A DNA stretch of 64,000 bases from positions 2,208,001-2,272,000 of the forward strand of contig CAXXTU010000002.1 of assembly GCA_963662655.2 (NCBI GenBank), read 5' to 3'. The notes under the pieces were generated by a model. It saw only the letters and a program-made list of their open reading frames with translations, was not told the origin of the DNA and did no database searches. Below are positions 39,588-50,214 of the stretch, one piece after another. The position numbers and the translations under genes are program-made. Within the stretch, counting starts at the first letter, position 1; each line of letters begins with the position of its first letter. The stretch is from Candidatus Cloacimonadales bacterium. Its GTDB lineage: Bacteria > Cloacimonadota > Cloacimonadia > Cloacimonadales > JAIOQZ01.

Positions 39588-41669
39588 CTAATACTTGATC
39601 AACTTCTCCCGCTCCACGTAGAATGCCGCATACTGCTCACGCACCGGCTGATTTTCCTTTTTATCGAGCTGGGGATCGTCGCTGACGAGATCGAAGGCGT
39701 CCTTTCTGGCCAGCTTGAGCCACTCTTGATGCCTAATCAGGTTCGCATGCTTGAAATCCGGCATGCCCGACTGCCGGGTTCCGAAGAAATCTCCCGGACC
39801 GCGCAGATCAAGATCCTTCTCGGCGATGTCAAAACCGTCGTTCGTGCGGGACATGGTGGATATCCTCTCCCAGGCATCCTTAGAAACCGGCGGGTAATAG
39901 ATAAGATAGCACGTCGACTGCTGAACCCCGCGCCCCACTCTCCCCCGCAACTGATGCAACTGGCTGAGCCCGAAACGCTCCGCGTGCTCGATCATCATGA
40001 TCGTCGCGTTAGGGACATCGATTCCCACCTCGATCACAGTGGTCGAGACCAGAATGGAAAACTCCCGCTGCTTGAAGGCTTCCATGATCGCGTCCTTCTC
40101 CGAAGACTTCATCCTGCCGTGCAACAGCGCTGAATTGAACTCGGGAAAAATCTCCTGCGAGATGTCCCTGAAAAGCGTCTCCGAATCGAGCAGATAGCTC
40201 TTGTCGGATTCCTCCACCAACGGGCACACCAGATATGCCTGCCGACCTCGCTTCAACTGCTCGCGAATCTCTCGATACACATCGAGCTTTTTCTCGCCCG
40301 TCTTGTGAACCGTCCGGATCGGCTTTCTTCCCGGGGGCATCTCGTCGATCACACTCACGTCCAGATCGCCGAACGCCGTCATCGCCAGCGAGCGTGGTAT
40401 CGGCGTTGCGGACATGTGCAGCAGATTCGGTTTCCGGCCTTTCTCGCTCAGGAGTGCTCGTTGCTGCACCCCGAAGCGATGCTGCTCGTCCACGCAGACA
40501 AAACCGACATCGTGAAACTTCACGCCCTTTTGGATCAACGCGTGGGTACCGAATACCAGATTGACCTCTCCGGAGGCGATCTTCTCGAGGGTGGCCTTCT
40601 TGCCTTTGTAATTCCCGCCCTTGATCATCGCGACGCCAATATCCGGCTGGTTTTCCAACAAACTCATCGTGTTGCGATAGTGCTGCTCTGCCAGAATCTC
40701 GGTCGGGGCCATGAGAACAGCCTGATAGCCGTTTTCCACCGCAAGGAGCATCGCGAACAGCGTAACGATGGTCTTTCCCGAACCTACGTCCCCCTGAAGA
40801 AGGCGATTCATCTGATGCTCGGATTCCATGTCCGCGACGATTTCGCGAATCACTCTCTTTTGCGCGCCGGTCAGCTCGAACGCGAGGCTGTTTTTCAACT
40901 TTGTCGTATAGGTCTTCCGAACCGGGAGTGAAACGCCGAGGGTTTCTATCTTTCGCGTTCCGTACACCCGTGCCAGAAGAAGCTGATGATAAAAAAACTC
41001 TTCGTAGATGAATCGCTTCCGAACCGACTCCACGTCGGTCTCGGGAACGGGGAAATGCATCTTCTCCATCGCCGATTTTCTATCGGGAAACTGGTAGTGT
41101 TCGATGATCCGTTGTGGTAATGTTTCGGCGATGTGATCGTGGTACTTGCTGAACGCGCTGACCACCAGCTTGCGCATCATGTTCAAGGTGATTTTCTCGG
41201 TGAGCGGGTAAACCGGTAGTATCTTCCGGTTTTTCCAGAAGTCGTCGGAAGTGTCCTCGTCCAGGAGAATCTCGATGTCGGGATGGATAATCTGCGGCAG
41301 GCCCTTGTAGCCGGCTACCAGGCCGGACACCCAGACCGACGCGCCCTCCTTCAACTGATCGGAAAGCCATTTCCCGTAACGGAACCAGGTACAGAGCAGC
41401 ACCGCTTCGCCATCGGTAACCGACACATTGAGCTGGTTCTTTCCCCGGGCGGTGCGCCGCTCTTCAATAAACTGGATCGTTCCCACAATCGCGCATTGCT
41501 TGTCGATCTCGATATCGCGGATCTTTTGCATCGTGTGGCGATTGATATAACTGCGCGGAAAGCACTCCAGAAGATCACCCACGCTGTATATGTTCAACTT
41601 CGCAAGAAGACGGGCGCGATACTCTCCCACACCCGTAAGAAATTGTATTTCGGTTTTCCAGGGATTCAT
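39588..41669 (-). CDS. recG: ATP-dependent DNA helicase RecG
   Basis: RLLQGDVGSGKT, MAPTEILAEQH, DEQHRFGV, SATPIPRSL, QLHQLRGRVGRG and DLRGPG motifs. Confidence 0.97.
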   Translation of the reverse strand: MNPWKTEIQFLTGVGEYRARLLAKLNIYSVGDLLECFPRSYINRHTMQKIRDIEIDKQCAIVGTIQFIEERRTARGKNQLNVSVTDGEAVLLCTWFRYGKWLSDQLKEGASVWVSGLVAGYKGLPQIIHPDIEILLDEDTSDDFWKNRKILPVYPLTEKITLNMMRKLVVSAFSKYHDHIAETLPQRIIEHYQFPDRKSAMEKMHFPVPETDVESVRKRFIYEEFFYHQLLLARVYGTRKIETLGVSLPVRKTYTTKLKNSLAFELTGAQKRVIREIVADMESEHQMNRLLQGDVGSGKTIVTLFAMLLAVENGYQAVLMAPTEILAEQHYRNTMSLLENQPDIGVAMIKGGNYKGKKATLEKIASGEVNLVFGTHALIQKGVKFHDVGFVCVDEQHRFGVQQRALLSEKGRKPNLLHMSATPIPRSLAMTAFGDLDVSVIDEMPPGRKPIRTVHKTGEKKLDVYREIREQLKRGRQAYLVCPLVEESDKSYLLDSETLFRDISQEIFPEFNSALLHGRMKSSEKDAIMEAFKQREFSILVSTTVIEVGIDVPNATIMMIEHAERFGLSQLHQLRGRVGRGVQQSTCYLIYYPPVSKDAWERISTMSRTNDGFDIAEKDLDLRGPGDFFGTRQSGMPDFKHANLIRHQEWLKLARKDAFDLVSDDPQLDKKENQPVREQYAAFYVEREKLIKY

Positions 41670-41700
41670 AAGCAACTCACAGGGAAAAACGCATGCCGGA

Positions 41701-44532
41701 TCAGTAAACCTCCACACCCACGGTGGCACGATAATCATTCATCCAGGTATCGAATCTCTGCTGAAGAATTTCCTCACGGAAGCTCTTCAAATTCTGTTCC
41801 ATACTGTCTTTGTCCGCCTTGTGGGTGTTCTCCACACGATAAACCAGATAACTGTCGTTTTGTAGCAGAATGGGGTAGCAATATTCACCCTCCTGCTTCT
41901 TGATCGCGTCGGCTAGGATATACTCGCTGTACTGGACGCCCGGAATCTCACCGTCGACGGTCAGATCCGAAGCGTGCTTCCACTCGCCCAGGAATACAAG
42001 CGACGTCTTGGGATCGTCATCCTGATCGAGGCCGTCGATCAGGTTGATCAGATACTCTTTGCGCGCGCTGCGCCGGGCTTCATCATCGTACATGGCCTGA
42101 ATCTGCGAAATCGCGTCCTCATAGGCGATCTGCCTGCCGTACTTCTTGTATCGCATGAAGACAACGGAATAGCCGTCATGGCTCTTGATGATCGATGTGT
42201 ATTTTTCGTTTCGATAAAGCTGCATGATACGGGTACCGATCTCCTTGATGCGACCGAACGGAGCGAAATCCCCATCGATTGATTGCCTCTCCGTTTCATG
42301 CACATAAACGCTATCGGCAAGCGTCAGGACATCGGCGTAGTAATTCGCGTTATCGAAGATGTACTTCGCCTTCGCGTAGGCCAGGCTGTCTGCCCGGCGC
42401 ATTTCCAGCTTATGACGAATGCTTCCTTTGACCTCATTGAATTTAACAGCGCCGGCCGCTTTCTCGCTGATCTTCATGACCATCAGCCAACCGCCGTTCA
42501 CAAATGCAGGTTCCGAAACCTCGCCGCGGAAAATCCGTTCGAGAATTGTGCGGTATTCAACAGGAAGCTCATCCATATACGTTGTGCCCGATGAGGGAAT
42601 ATCGATCGGAGAACCCATCAGTTCCTGGATCAGCTCCAGATTCTTTTCCCTGCTGGCATAGCGGTAAAGGTACTCAGAATAATCGCGGCGCTTTCCTTCC
42701 GGATCGCTGAGGAAAAACACCTGATATTCCACGCGGGGTGACATATAAAATTCCTTCGGATGATTCTGGAAATAGGTGTGGACTTCCTCCTCCGAAACCC
42801 TTACGGAATCGAGCTCGATCGGGTAGTACACCCCTGCAAGACTCAGGCTGTCCGGAGTTGTGAAAAAGGGTTGATTTCGCGTGTAAAAGAGACGGTAATC
42901 GGACGTGTCCGCCTGTACGGTCTCTTTGTGCAGTTTGGGTAGCTGAATCTTCACCTGTTCGTAAGAAGGAATATACTGGGGGAAAACCGAATCGACGCGG
43001 TAGATCACCAAGCGATCCTGGTAATTCACGATGCCCGACGCGGCATTCTGGTTACGCTTGACTGCGTATGCGATGTAGTCGTCCAGCGGCTCCACATTTT
43101 CCAGCCGGTCCAGGAACACGACGGTCCGTTCGAGTTTTATATTGTATTCCGCAGCCACGGAACGAAGCATCTGGTTATCGAAAAGGACCGGAATAATTTT
43201 CGACCGGATGTCTTCCATGCGCCGTTGAACCGATTCGTTTCGCAGTTGTTCCAGAATCTGTTCGCGCGCCTCACTGAAGGTAAGCCTGTTGCCGCGACGA
43301 TTGAACTGCTGCTGGTGCGATTGATAGTATTGGCGGACGGCCGCTTCGGGTATGTTTATTTTATCCTCGAACTGCGCCTGATCCACGACAACGCGAGTTA
43401 CGTACGCCGCCGGAACGATAAACTGGTCGATATTCTCTTCGTAATACTGCCGAAAATCGCCGGAGAACTGGATGTCCTTATGATCTTCAGCGTAGTCCAG
43501 CCAGACCTCTTTGCCCACTTCTGGAGTCAACCCGGAGTGTGGCTCTTTTTTATCGAGCACACGGAAAAAGAGGAAGCCGAATCCCACATCGTAGATTTCG
43601 GATATTTCCTTTTCCCTCATCTCGAAGGCATCGGAAAGAATCTCTGAGGCAGCCGGGAAATCACCAATCACACCGTCTTCGCGCAGGAAGTCGGTGATAA
43701 CTGGCGAGATCGGCGCTGGATCGTTCATTCTGACCAAATCGCGAATCGATTCCAGGGAATCGCGCACGATCAGCCGCTGCTTTGCTTCCTGAAGTACCGC
43801 CACGAGGCTGTCCCGGATTTCATCCAGAGGATACACGCTTGCGAAGGGCATGTACGTCCTCATCAATTCGTCTTGAGAAATCTTGATCGCGTCCTTGAAC
43901 CGTTCATTCTGGAGGACGAACAATTCCAGGCGCACTTCCGCGGGTGTACGGTACTTGCGGCTGTGATCCTGATAGTACTGCATCGCCTCTTCCGTATTGC
44001 AGGAAGGCGAAACATCCAGCAGCTCCCCGTCGATGGTTATATATCCGATATCGAATCGGAACCGGCTGGTGATATATTGATCCCGAACGATCGCGTCGGT
44101 GATTTCGAAACTTTCCTCGATGATCTTCCTGGTCTTGCCAAGCAGCAAATCCCGCTGAAGGTCCTGCATGATCTTGCGTATTTGCGGACGTTTGCTCAGT
44201 CGTTTGAATTTGAGGTAGCTGAACGCGCCGTTTTCCTGAAACTGCGAGTGATCTCCGTATTCGTTGATGAAGTAAGCCTCCACCTCGCTGCTATCGACGG
44301 TGATGCCGTATTCGTCCGCGAAGCTTACCATGAGGTATTCTTCGATCAGGTTGTTCAGCGCTTGCCGGCGCAACGCGTGATAGGTGCTCGGAGTATGCTG
44401 CAAATCGAAGAGGTAATCGATTTCGTTATCGAGCCTTTCTTGGGTGATGTAATACTCACCCACTCGTGCAACGACCTGAGCGTTGAGGGCGATTACTCCC
44501 AGCAAAAACAGTACAATCAGAATCTTGCGCAT
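41701..44532 (-). CDS. Large SurA/PpiD-like periplasmic chaperone
   Basis: Signal peptide; VVARVGEYYIT...ALNNLIEEYL...GITV..EV SurA N-domain; repeated YY..N...F..P segments. Confidence 0.75.
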   Translation of the reverse strand: MRKILIVLFLLGVIALNAQVVARVGEYYITQERLDNEIDYLFDLQHTPSTYHALRRQALNNLIEEYLMVSFADEYGITVDSSEVEAYFINEYGDHSQFQENGAFSYLKFKRLSKRPQIRKIMQDLQRDLLLGKTRKIIEESFEITDAIVRDQYITSRFRFDIGYITIDGELLDVSPSCNTEEAMQYYQDHSRKYRTPAEVRLELFVLQNERFKDAIKISQDELMRTYMPFASVYPLDEIRDSLVAVLQEAKQRLIVRDSLESIRDLVRMNDPAPISPVITDFLREDGVIGDFPAASEILSDAFEMREKEISEIYDVGFGFLFFRVLDKKEPHSGLTPEVGKEVWLDYAEDHKDIQFSGDFRQYYEENIDQFIVPAAYVTRVVVDQAQFEDKINIPEAAVRQYYQSHQQQFNRRGNRLTFSEAREQILEQLRNESVQRRMEDIRSKIIPVLFDNQMLRSVAAEYNIKLERTVVFLDRLENVEPLDDYIAYAVKRNQNAASGIVNYQDRLVIYRVDSVFPQYIPSYEQVKIQLPKLHKETVQADTSDYRLFYTRNQPFFTTPDSLSLAGVYYPIELDSVRVSEEEVHTYFQNHPKEFYMSPRVEYQVFFLSDPEGKRRDYSEYLYRYASREKNLELIQELMGSPIDIPSSGTTYMDELPVEYRTILERIFRGEVSEPAFVNGGWLMVMKISEKAAGAVKFNEVKGSIRHKLEMRRADSLAYAKAKYIFDNANYYADVLTLADSVYVHETERQSIDGDFAPFGRIKEIGTRIMQLYRNEKYTSIIKSHDGYSVVFMRYKKYGRQIAYEDAISQIQAMYDDEARRSARKEYLINLIDGLDQDDDPKTSLVFLGEWKHASDLTVDGEIPGVQYSEYILADAIKKQEGEYCYPILLQNDSYLVYRVENTHKADKDSMEQNLKSFREEILQQRFDTWMNDYRATVGVEVY

Positions 44533-44533
44533 A

Positions 44534-46069
44534 TTATTCCCACTCGATGGTTGCCGGTGGCTTCGAACTGATATCGTAAACCACGCGGTTGACTCCCTGG
44601 ACTTCATTGATAATCCTGTTGGAGACACGCTTGAGGAAGCTATAGGGCAGCTCCGTCCAGTCCGCCGTCATGCCGTCGGAGCTTCCGACGGCTCGGAGCG
44701 CGCAGACGTTTTCATAGGTTCGCTCGTCGCCCATCACGCCGACCGACTGCACGGGGAGTAGCACCGCGAAAGCCTGCCAGGTGGTATGATAAAGATTTTG
44801 TTCCCACAACTCGCCGATAAAGATGGCATCGATCTTCTGTAGGATATCCACCTTTTCCTTGCTCACATCGCCGATGATGCGAATCGCGAGGCCCGGTCCC
44901 GGGAACGGATGGCGTTCCACGAGTTTTGCGGGTAAACCGAGTTTCCTGCCGACTTCCCGCACCTCGTCCTTGAACAGTTCTCGCAGTGGCTCGACCAGCT
45001 CCAGATTCATTTTTTCCGGCAATCCACCCACATTGTGATGCGATTTGATCGTCGCGGACGGACCCTTGAACGACACGCTTTCGATCAGGTCGGGATAGAG
45101 CGTACCCTGCGCGAGGAAATGGGCATCCGGGTATTTTGCCGCTTCACGCTCGAAAATCTCGATAAAGGTATTGCCGATGATCTTGCGTTTCTTCTCGGGA
45201 TCCGATATGCTTTGGAGCCTTGAATAAAACGTCTCCGCGGCATCGATCACAATGAGTTCCATTCCGAAAGCGTCCTGGAATGCCTCCTCGACCTCCTTCG
45301 CTTCATCCTTCCGCAGAAGTCCTGTATCCACCAGGATGGGGATAAGGCGATTTCCGATTGCCTTGTGCAGGAGCGCGCCGACCACCGAGGAATCGACACC
45401 GCCGCTCAGGCCGAGGATAACCTGCCGATCGCCCACTTGCTCCCGAATCGCGGAAATGGTTGCCTCGATAAACGAGGCCGGTGTCCAATCCCGACTGAAG
45501 TCGGCGATTTCGCAGAAGTTTTCCAGCATTTTGAAGCCGTGGGGCGTGTTGGTTACTTCCGGGTGAAATTGCAGTGCGTACATAGGTTTATTATCATGCG
45601 CGATCGCGGCGAAGGGAGAATTCTCGCTCCAGGCAATGCGATGGAAGCCGTCCGGAATTTTCTCCACCGCGTCGCCGTGGCTCATCCACACATCTTCCTG
45701 TGACGAAAGGCCGTTGAACAGGGACTCGTGGTTTTCCACATGGATGCACGCGTAGCCGTATTCTTTTTTTTCCGACCGGATTACGCGACCGCCCAGCTTG
45801 TGGGTCATGAGCTGCATGCCGTAGCATATCCCCAGAATTGGAATGGGTAGATCGAGAATCCGCTCGTCGGGAATGGGTGCGTCTGCGCTATTCACGCTCG
45901 AAGGGCTCCCGGAGAGGATTATCGCTTTTGGATCCTTCGCAATGATTACATCGAACGATGTGTTGAAGGGTACAATTTCCGAATAGATGTTCATCTTGCG
46001 GATTGTTTTGGCGATCAACTGGGTGTATTGCGATCCGAAATCGAGTATTAAAGCCAACTCGTGTTTCAT
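44534..46069 (-). CDS. guaA: GMP synthase (glutamine-hydrolysing)
   Basis: [41 protein letters not shown] and KPPATIEWE motifs. Confidence 0.98.
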   Translation of the reverse strand: MKHELALILDFGSQYTQLIAKTIRKMNIYSEIVPFNTSFDVIIAKDPKAIILSGSPSSVNSADAPIPDERILDLPIPILGICYGMQLMTHKLGGRVIRSEKKEYGYACIHVENHESLFNGLSSQEDVWMSHGDAVEKIPDGFHRIAWSENSPFAAIAHDNKPMYALQFHPEVTNTPHGFKMLENFCEIADFSRDWTPASFIEATISAIREQVGDRQVILGLSGGVDSSVVGALLHKAIGNRLIPILVDTGLLRKDEAKEVEEAFQDAFGMELIVIDAAETFYSRLQSISDPEKKRKIIGNTFIEIFEREAAKYPDAHFLAQGTLYPDLIESVSFKGPSATIKSHHNVGGLPEKMNLELVEPLRELFKDEVREVGRKLGLPAKLVERHPFPGPGLAIRIIGDVSKEKVDILQKIDAIFIGELWEQNLYHTTWQAFAVLLPVQSVGVMGDERTYENVCALRAVGSSDGMTADWTELPYSFLKRVSNRIINEVQGVNRVVYDISSKPPATIEWE

Positions 46070-46108
46070 TATATCTCCAATCTATTTTATTATAAAAACT
46101 TTGCGTGG

Positions 46109-46687
46109 TTATTTCTTGTCCCGCTCGCGTGTGAAACGGATTCTCTGATCCTTGAAAATAAACTCGAGGTTGTAATTGCGCGGCGGAATCTTCTGGAAAA
46201 ATACATAACCGTCTTTGGTTGCTCCGGGGTGGATTTCCCCGAAATGATACGACTCGCTCATGAGTTTCTGTCGTGCCTCAAGCTGATCCTGATACCACTC
46301 CTGCTCCTGGCGCATATTGACCGGCGTATTCGAGAAATTCCTGAGCGTTGGCGATTCATCTACAAGAAAGCGGATGATGTAATCGGACGAGACGGGATCG
46401 TACTGGTGACGGTTTTCATCTAACAGGATGATGTCATCCGAATCGACCGAAATTTTGTGCGATGTTTTGTTGCGCACCCTGATCTTGAAAGTGGTGTAAT
46501 ATTCTGTGAGATTGTCCGGCTTGTGCGTCCAGAACGATGGTTGGACAATCAACGAATACTCCGGCGTTTCCAGAATCGCGATGTCATCCTGAACACGTAC
46601 GTTGTTCTCTTTCAACGGAACATATCCCACCGTACATCCCGAAAGCAGCGCAATCATCAATAATGTTGTAAAACCTGTTACTCTCAT
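46109..46687 (-). CDS. Hypothetical lipoprotein
   Basis: Lipobox LLSGC after a hydrophobic stretch; Ig-like I.PG..KDGYVFF motif. The start could be 46699. Confidence 0.7.
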   Translation of the reverse strand: MRVTGFTTLLMIALLSGCTVGYVPLKENNVRVQDDIAILETPEYSLIVQPSFWTHKPDNLTEYYTTFKIRVRNKTSHKISVDSDDIILLDENRHQYDPVSSDYIIRFLVDESPTLRNFSNTPVNMRQEQEWYQDQLEARQKLMSESYHFGEIHPGATKDGYVFFQKIPPRNYNLEFIFKDQRIRFTRERDKK

Positions 46688-46751
46688 ACTTTCCACCATG
46701 AAGAACGTTACCTGAAGTCCCCGCAATACGTCAAGACGAATATTATCTGAA

Positions 46752-46952
46752 CCGGTATTCGGAATTCGCGGAAACAGATTCGTTCGCTTCCGCCCGGAGC
46801 CGTATTCTTACACGACGTAACGAAATTAGGTACTCTGGGATACGATGCGGGGGAAGTTCCAGGAAAGATATGGAAATTGTATTCGTGGGAGTCGTGTTGT
46901 TATACGGCGAAGGGCGGATCGGGCGAAGATGCTCCGCGCAATTCGAGACCGG
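46752..46952 (+). repeat. Family B rod-like hairpin, copy 2 (long variant)
   Basis: ACAGATTCGTTCG..TCCGCCC / GGGCGGATCGGGCGAAGATGC, plus GCCGTAT/ATACGGC and ACACGAC/GTCGTGT stems. Confidence 0.8.
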
Positions 46953-46956
46953 CATG

Positions 46957-47069
46957 GTACCTACGCTCGATCCCAACTCCCAACATGGATATAACACGTC
47001 ATAGGGACTATCGAACGCGAATAAATGACGTGTAACACCATGCTGGGAGTTGGGATCAAACGAATCTAC
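46957..47069 (-). repeat. Family B rod-like hairpin, copy 3
   Basis: The minus strand reads GTAGATTCGTTTGATC...GGTGTTAC...GTTATATCC...GATCGAGCGTAGGTAC. Confidence 0.85.
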
Positions 47070-47092
47070 TCACACCTCTGTGCACGTGTTGT

Positions 47093-48271
47093 TTATAAGA
47101 ACTCGATGTGGGTTTCTTTCAGATATTTTTTTTCCAGGACTTCGCAAAAATGTTTAATCAGATTGCGCCGGATCTCCAATTCTTTGGGTAATGAAGGGTC
47201 CTGGTGTGCTTCATTGATGCGCGTTCCGACAATAAACTGAACGATGTCGCTTTCCAGGAAAAGCCTGGCCAGCGTTTTGATCGGGCTGTTTTTCACCTGC
47301 TCCAGGGGATGTTCCTTATCGAGGATACCCAAGCATTTACTCAGGGTAATCGTTCCCTCCGTAACCAGCTCAAATCCTTCCATGGTAGCCGTCGGAGGAA
47401 TATCCGCCCCCCGTTTGACCTCATCCAGATTTACCGACAAGGGCAGATTCAATTCTCGGGAGATGATGGAGGAGGTTGTTCCGCCGCAAATGACTTTCCG
47501 TCCCTTGAAATCACGTGCAATCTGCGCGAGCGTTTTATCTTTCTCGATATCGTACGGCGGACCTGACATCACCAGTAGTTTGCGCGGTTCACGCAGGTAA
47601 AGCGCGGCGCAGGTGATGTCGTCTTTCGCCTTGTGGTTATCGTATTCAAGCGCTCTTCTGGCTGTCTGATAGCAAAGCTCTCCTGCGGAGATGGATCGAT
47701 TATCATTGAGCTCGTGAACCAGGAAGCGCTCCACGCCTTGCTCCGACCATCCTAAAGGCATGTATGCGGATCCCATCCCCGATTGCGTAACGCCATCCGA
47801 GAAAAAGACTAGGCGGTCTTCCGGTTCCATCTTGAACACGGAATAGAACAGCCGTCCTTTGCGATCGTTACTCAGGATAATCTCGTTTTTCTTGACGGGC
47901 TGGCTCTTGCCATCCCGCAGAAGCACGATGGATGGATTGTCGTATTCAATCACCCGTACTTTGCCATCCGTTCCGGCATCGACGATCGTGAAGGTGGAGT
48001 AGCCGATCTTACGTTTTGAGCAAACCGGCAAGGTCTCCAGAATAATCTCGGCAGCCCGTCGGATGTCCATATCGGAAAGCACGAAACGGGAAGCCATCGT
48101 TGTGGTGAGAGTCGCCAGCACGCCGGCTTTCACGCCACTCCCCAATCCGTCTGCGAGAACCGAAACGAGGCGCCCCTTGTCCTTCAGGCTGGTGAAATGG
48201 TCACCGCTGACACCCTGGCCGTCCTTACGAAGCTGATAGTAATCAACCTCGAGATAAACTTCTCCCATCAA
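47093..48271 (-). CDS. SpoIIE/PP2C-type serine phosphatase (hydrogenase-associated, HfsC-like)
   Basis: SGD, LADGLGSGVKA, YSTFT, FSDGVTQSG, DDIT, CGGTT and GTRINEAHQDP motifs. Confidence 0.9.
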   Translation of the reverse strand: MMGEVYLEVDYYQLRKDGQGVSGDHFTSLKDKGRLVSVLADGLGSGVKAGVLATLTTTMASRFVLSDMDIRRAAEIILETLPVCSKRKIGYSTFTIVDAGTDGKVRVIEYDNPSIVLLRDGKSQPVKKNEIILSNDRKGRLFYSVFKMEPEDRLVFFSDGVTQSGMGSAYMPLGWSEQGVERFLVHELNDNRSISAGELCYQTARRALEYDNHKAKDDITCAALYLREPRKLLVMSGPPYDIEKDKTLAQIARDFKGRKVICGGTTSSIISRELNLPLSVNLDEVKRGADIPPTATMEGFELVTEGTITLSKCLGILDKEHPLEQVKNSPIKTLARLFLESDIVQFIVGTRINEAHQDPSLPKELEIRRNLIKHFCEVLEKKYLKETHIEFL

Positions 48272-49962
48272 TCCTGTCCTTTTCTGGAAAACGATTGAAC
48301 AATCGAATTGAGCAGCACTTCGCTGTCGGCGGCATTCTCACCGAGCAGGAACGCGATCTGCTGTACGGTGGTCAGGTTTTTCTTCATCACCTCTCGCGCG
48401 TTCTGAATAATCTTCTCGCTCTGGATAACCGGTTCCGTGACGTCCTGCAAAACCCCTCCAACCGTGTGGTGCGGTTCCACCGTAAACACCGTGAGGCGGA
48501 TCACCTTCTTGTTGTGTTCGATATCCATGACCATCGATTCGTTTCCGTCCTGCAGAACCTGTTTGAACACCTCGTGGAACGGAATCAGCCTTTCCAGATA
48601 GACACCAGCAAGCTCGGGATTGACCTCGTACACGATGCTCGCATCTCCACCGACGATATCCACGAAGCGTGGATTGCACTCGAGGATTTTAAGGTCACGA
48701 TCGACAATCACCACGCCGCTGGGCATCGTTTTGAGGAGCGCGTTCGCCTTGTTCTGCGCCAGTTTACGTAAATGGGAAACACACATGGCCGGTTCGGCCC
48801 GATCCTCGAGCATGGCAACCGCGAAATCCTGACACGAGTTGTATCCGCAACCACCGCAATTCAGTTCGTCGACATGCCGCACCTTTCCGATGCGCAGCAA
48901 CGCTTGAGCGATCTGATCGGAAGTAAACGGCTTCTTTGCTTGCGGCTCGGGATAAAACTGTTTCTCGATCTTGCGGATGCTGTTCCGCGCCTCTTCCTCG
49001 GTGGGGAGCGGAGTCGATTTGAGAATCTGCGAGCGCTTGACGACCGTCGCTCCGCGCTTGGAGACCTGCGGCCCGTTCACGCAACCACCTTCGCATGCGA
49101 GCGCTTCGATGAATACTGGCGCGTCGAGATGAATCTTCCCGATATCCTCGATCGATTCCATGATGTCCTTCACGCCGCTCACGCACAGGAATTGCACATC
49201 CGGGAATTGCCTGTTCTGGCGAATTCCGTCGATCATCCCGCCGTCGATCGGATACCAACCGCCTTCTTCCGCTTTCTCGGGCACGAAGGCGGCCGTATCG
49301 TTCGAGACTACGATTGACTCGCTGTTGAGCCATCTGCGAAGCTCTTTGAAGGTCAGGCTCACGTCGATCGTTTCGCCTGTCTCCGTCTTCTTGGCGATAC
49401 ATGGGCTGAAGAAGACCACCCCGATATCTTCCCCGAACGTATCTCGCAGAATTCTGCCATGCGCTTGAACCGGTGACATCAAGTCGGTGAGGTTGCCGAT
49501 CTGATCCGGGTAATATCGCTCAACGAGCCGAACGACGGACGGACACGCAGTGGAGATGTATACTTTTTTCTCACCCTCGGAAAGAATCCTGGCGCAGGCA
49601 GCGGAAACCTCCTGCGCCCCCAATGCCGTCTCCGAAACTCCTGCAAATCCGAGCTGCTCGATGCACGCCAGAAGCTGACCTTCGGGGATATCGGCAAACT
49701 CGCTTCGGAATGATGGTGCAACTGAAGCGTAAACGGGTTTCCCCGATGCGATGAGCGCTCGAGCCTGATCGATATCGTCTCGAACCTTCTTCGCTCCCAC
49801 GGGACACACCAGCGTACACTTTCCGCAGTACAAACAGTCTTCCGCGATAACTGCTGCGCTGCCATCGCGAACAAGAATCGCTTTGACCGGGCAGTTTCTG
49901 ACACATTTATAGCAGTCCTGGCACTCGGTTTTCTCAGTATAGATCGGATTCTCAGCGTTCAT
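48268..49962 (-). CDS. Sensory group C [FeFe]-hydrogenase with a PAS domain (HydS/HfsB-like)
   Basis: N-terminal 2x[4Fe-4S]; variant H-cluster motifs STACP, SPCIAKK and EALACEGGC; NCGGCGYNSC FeS domain; C-terminal PAS. Confidence 0.9.
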   Translation of the reverse strand: MNAENPIYTEKTECQDCYKCVRNCPVKAILVRDGSAAVIAEDCLYCGKCTLVCPVGAKKVRDDIDQARALIASGKPVYASVAPSFRSEFADIPEGQLLACIEQLGFAGVSETALGAQEVSAACARILSEGEKKVYISTACPSVVRLVERYYPDQIGNLTDLMSPVQAHGRILRDTFGEDIGVVFFSPCIAKKTETGETIDVSLTFKELRRWLNSESIVVSNDTAAFVPEKAEEGGWYPIDGGMIDGIRQNRQFPDVQFLCVSGVKDIMESIEDIGKIHLDAPVFIEALACEGGCVNGPQVSKRGATVVKRSQILKSTPLPTEEEARNSIRKIEKQFYPEPQAKKPFTSDQIAQALLRIGKVRHVDELNCGGCGYNSCQDFAVAMLEDRAEPAMCVSHLRKLAQNKANALLKTMPSGVVIVDRDLKILECNPRFVDIVGGDASIVYEVNPELAGVYLERLIPFHEVFKQVLQDGNESMVMDIEHNKKVIRLTVFTVEPHHTVGGVLQDVTEPVIQSEKIIQNAREVMKKNLTTVQQIAFLLGENAADSEVLLNSIVQSFSRKGQD

Positions 49963-49978
49963 AGGGTGATTCCTTGTT

Positions 49979-50212
49979 TCACAGATTTTCGTCCAAAAGC
50001 CGGACGATGTTTTCCGGTTGCACGTTATGATAGCTTACGCCATCGATGATCATGTTGGGGCCTTGTCCGCACGCGCCAAGGCACAAAGAGCCTTCCAAGC
50101 GGACAAATCCTTCCAGGCCGTGCGATTTGATATATTCCTCGATCTTCGACAGGTTTTCGCGGTTCGCCCTTGCGAAGCAGGAGCTTCCCATGCAGATTTT
50201 GATCACTTTCAT
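49979..50212 (-). CDS. Thioredoxin-like [2Fe-2S] protein (HfsA-like)
   Basis: ICMGSSCFAR...LCLGACGQGP. Confidence 0.85.
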   Translation of the reverse strand: MKVIKICMGSSCFARANRENLSKIEEYIKSHGLEGFVRLEGSLCLGACGQGPNMIIDGVSYHNVQPENIVRLLDENL

Positions 50213-50214
50213 GG

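Noticed and set aside
46752..46952. 6S RNA or SRP RNA, based on length and rod shape
   Set aside because: It shares boxes with several dispersed copies, and I saw no SRP GGAA-loop signature or clear 6S central bubble. An Rfam search would settle this.
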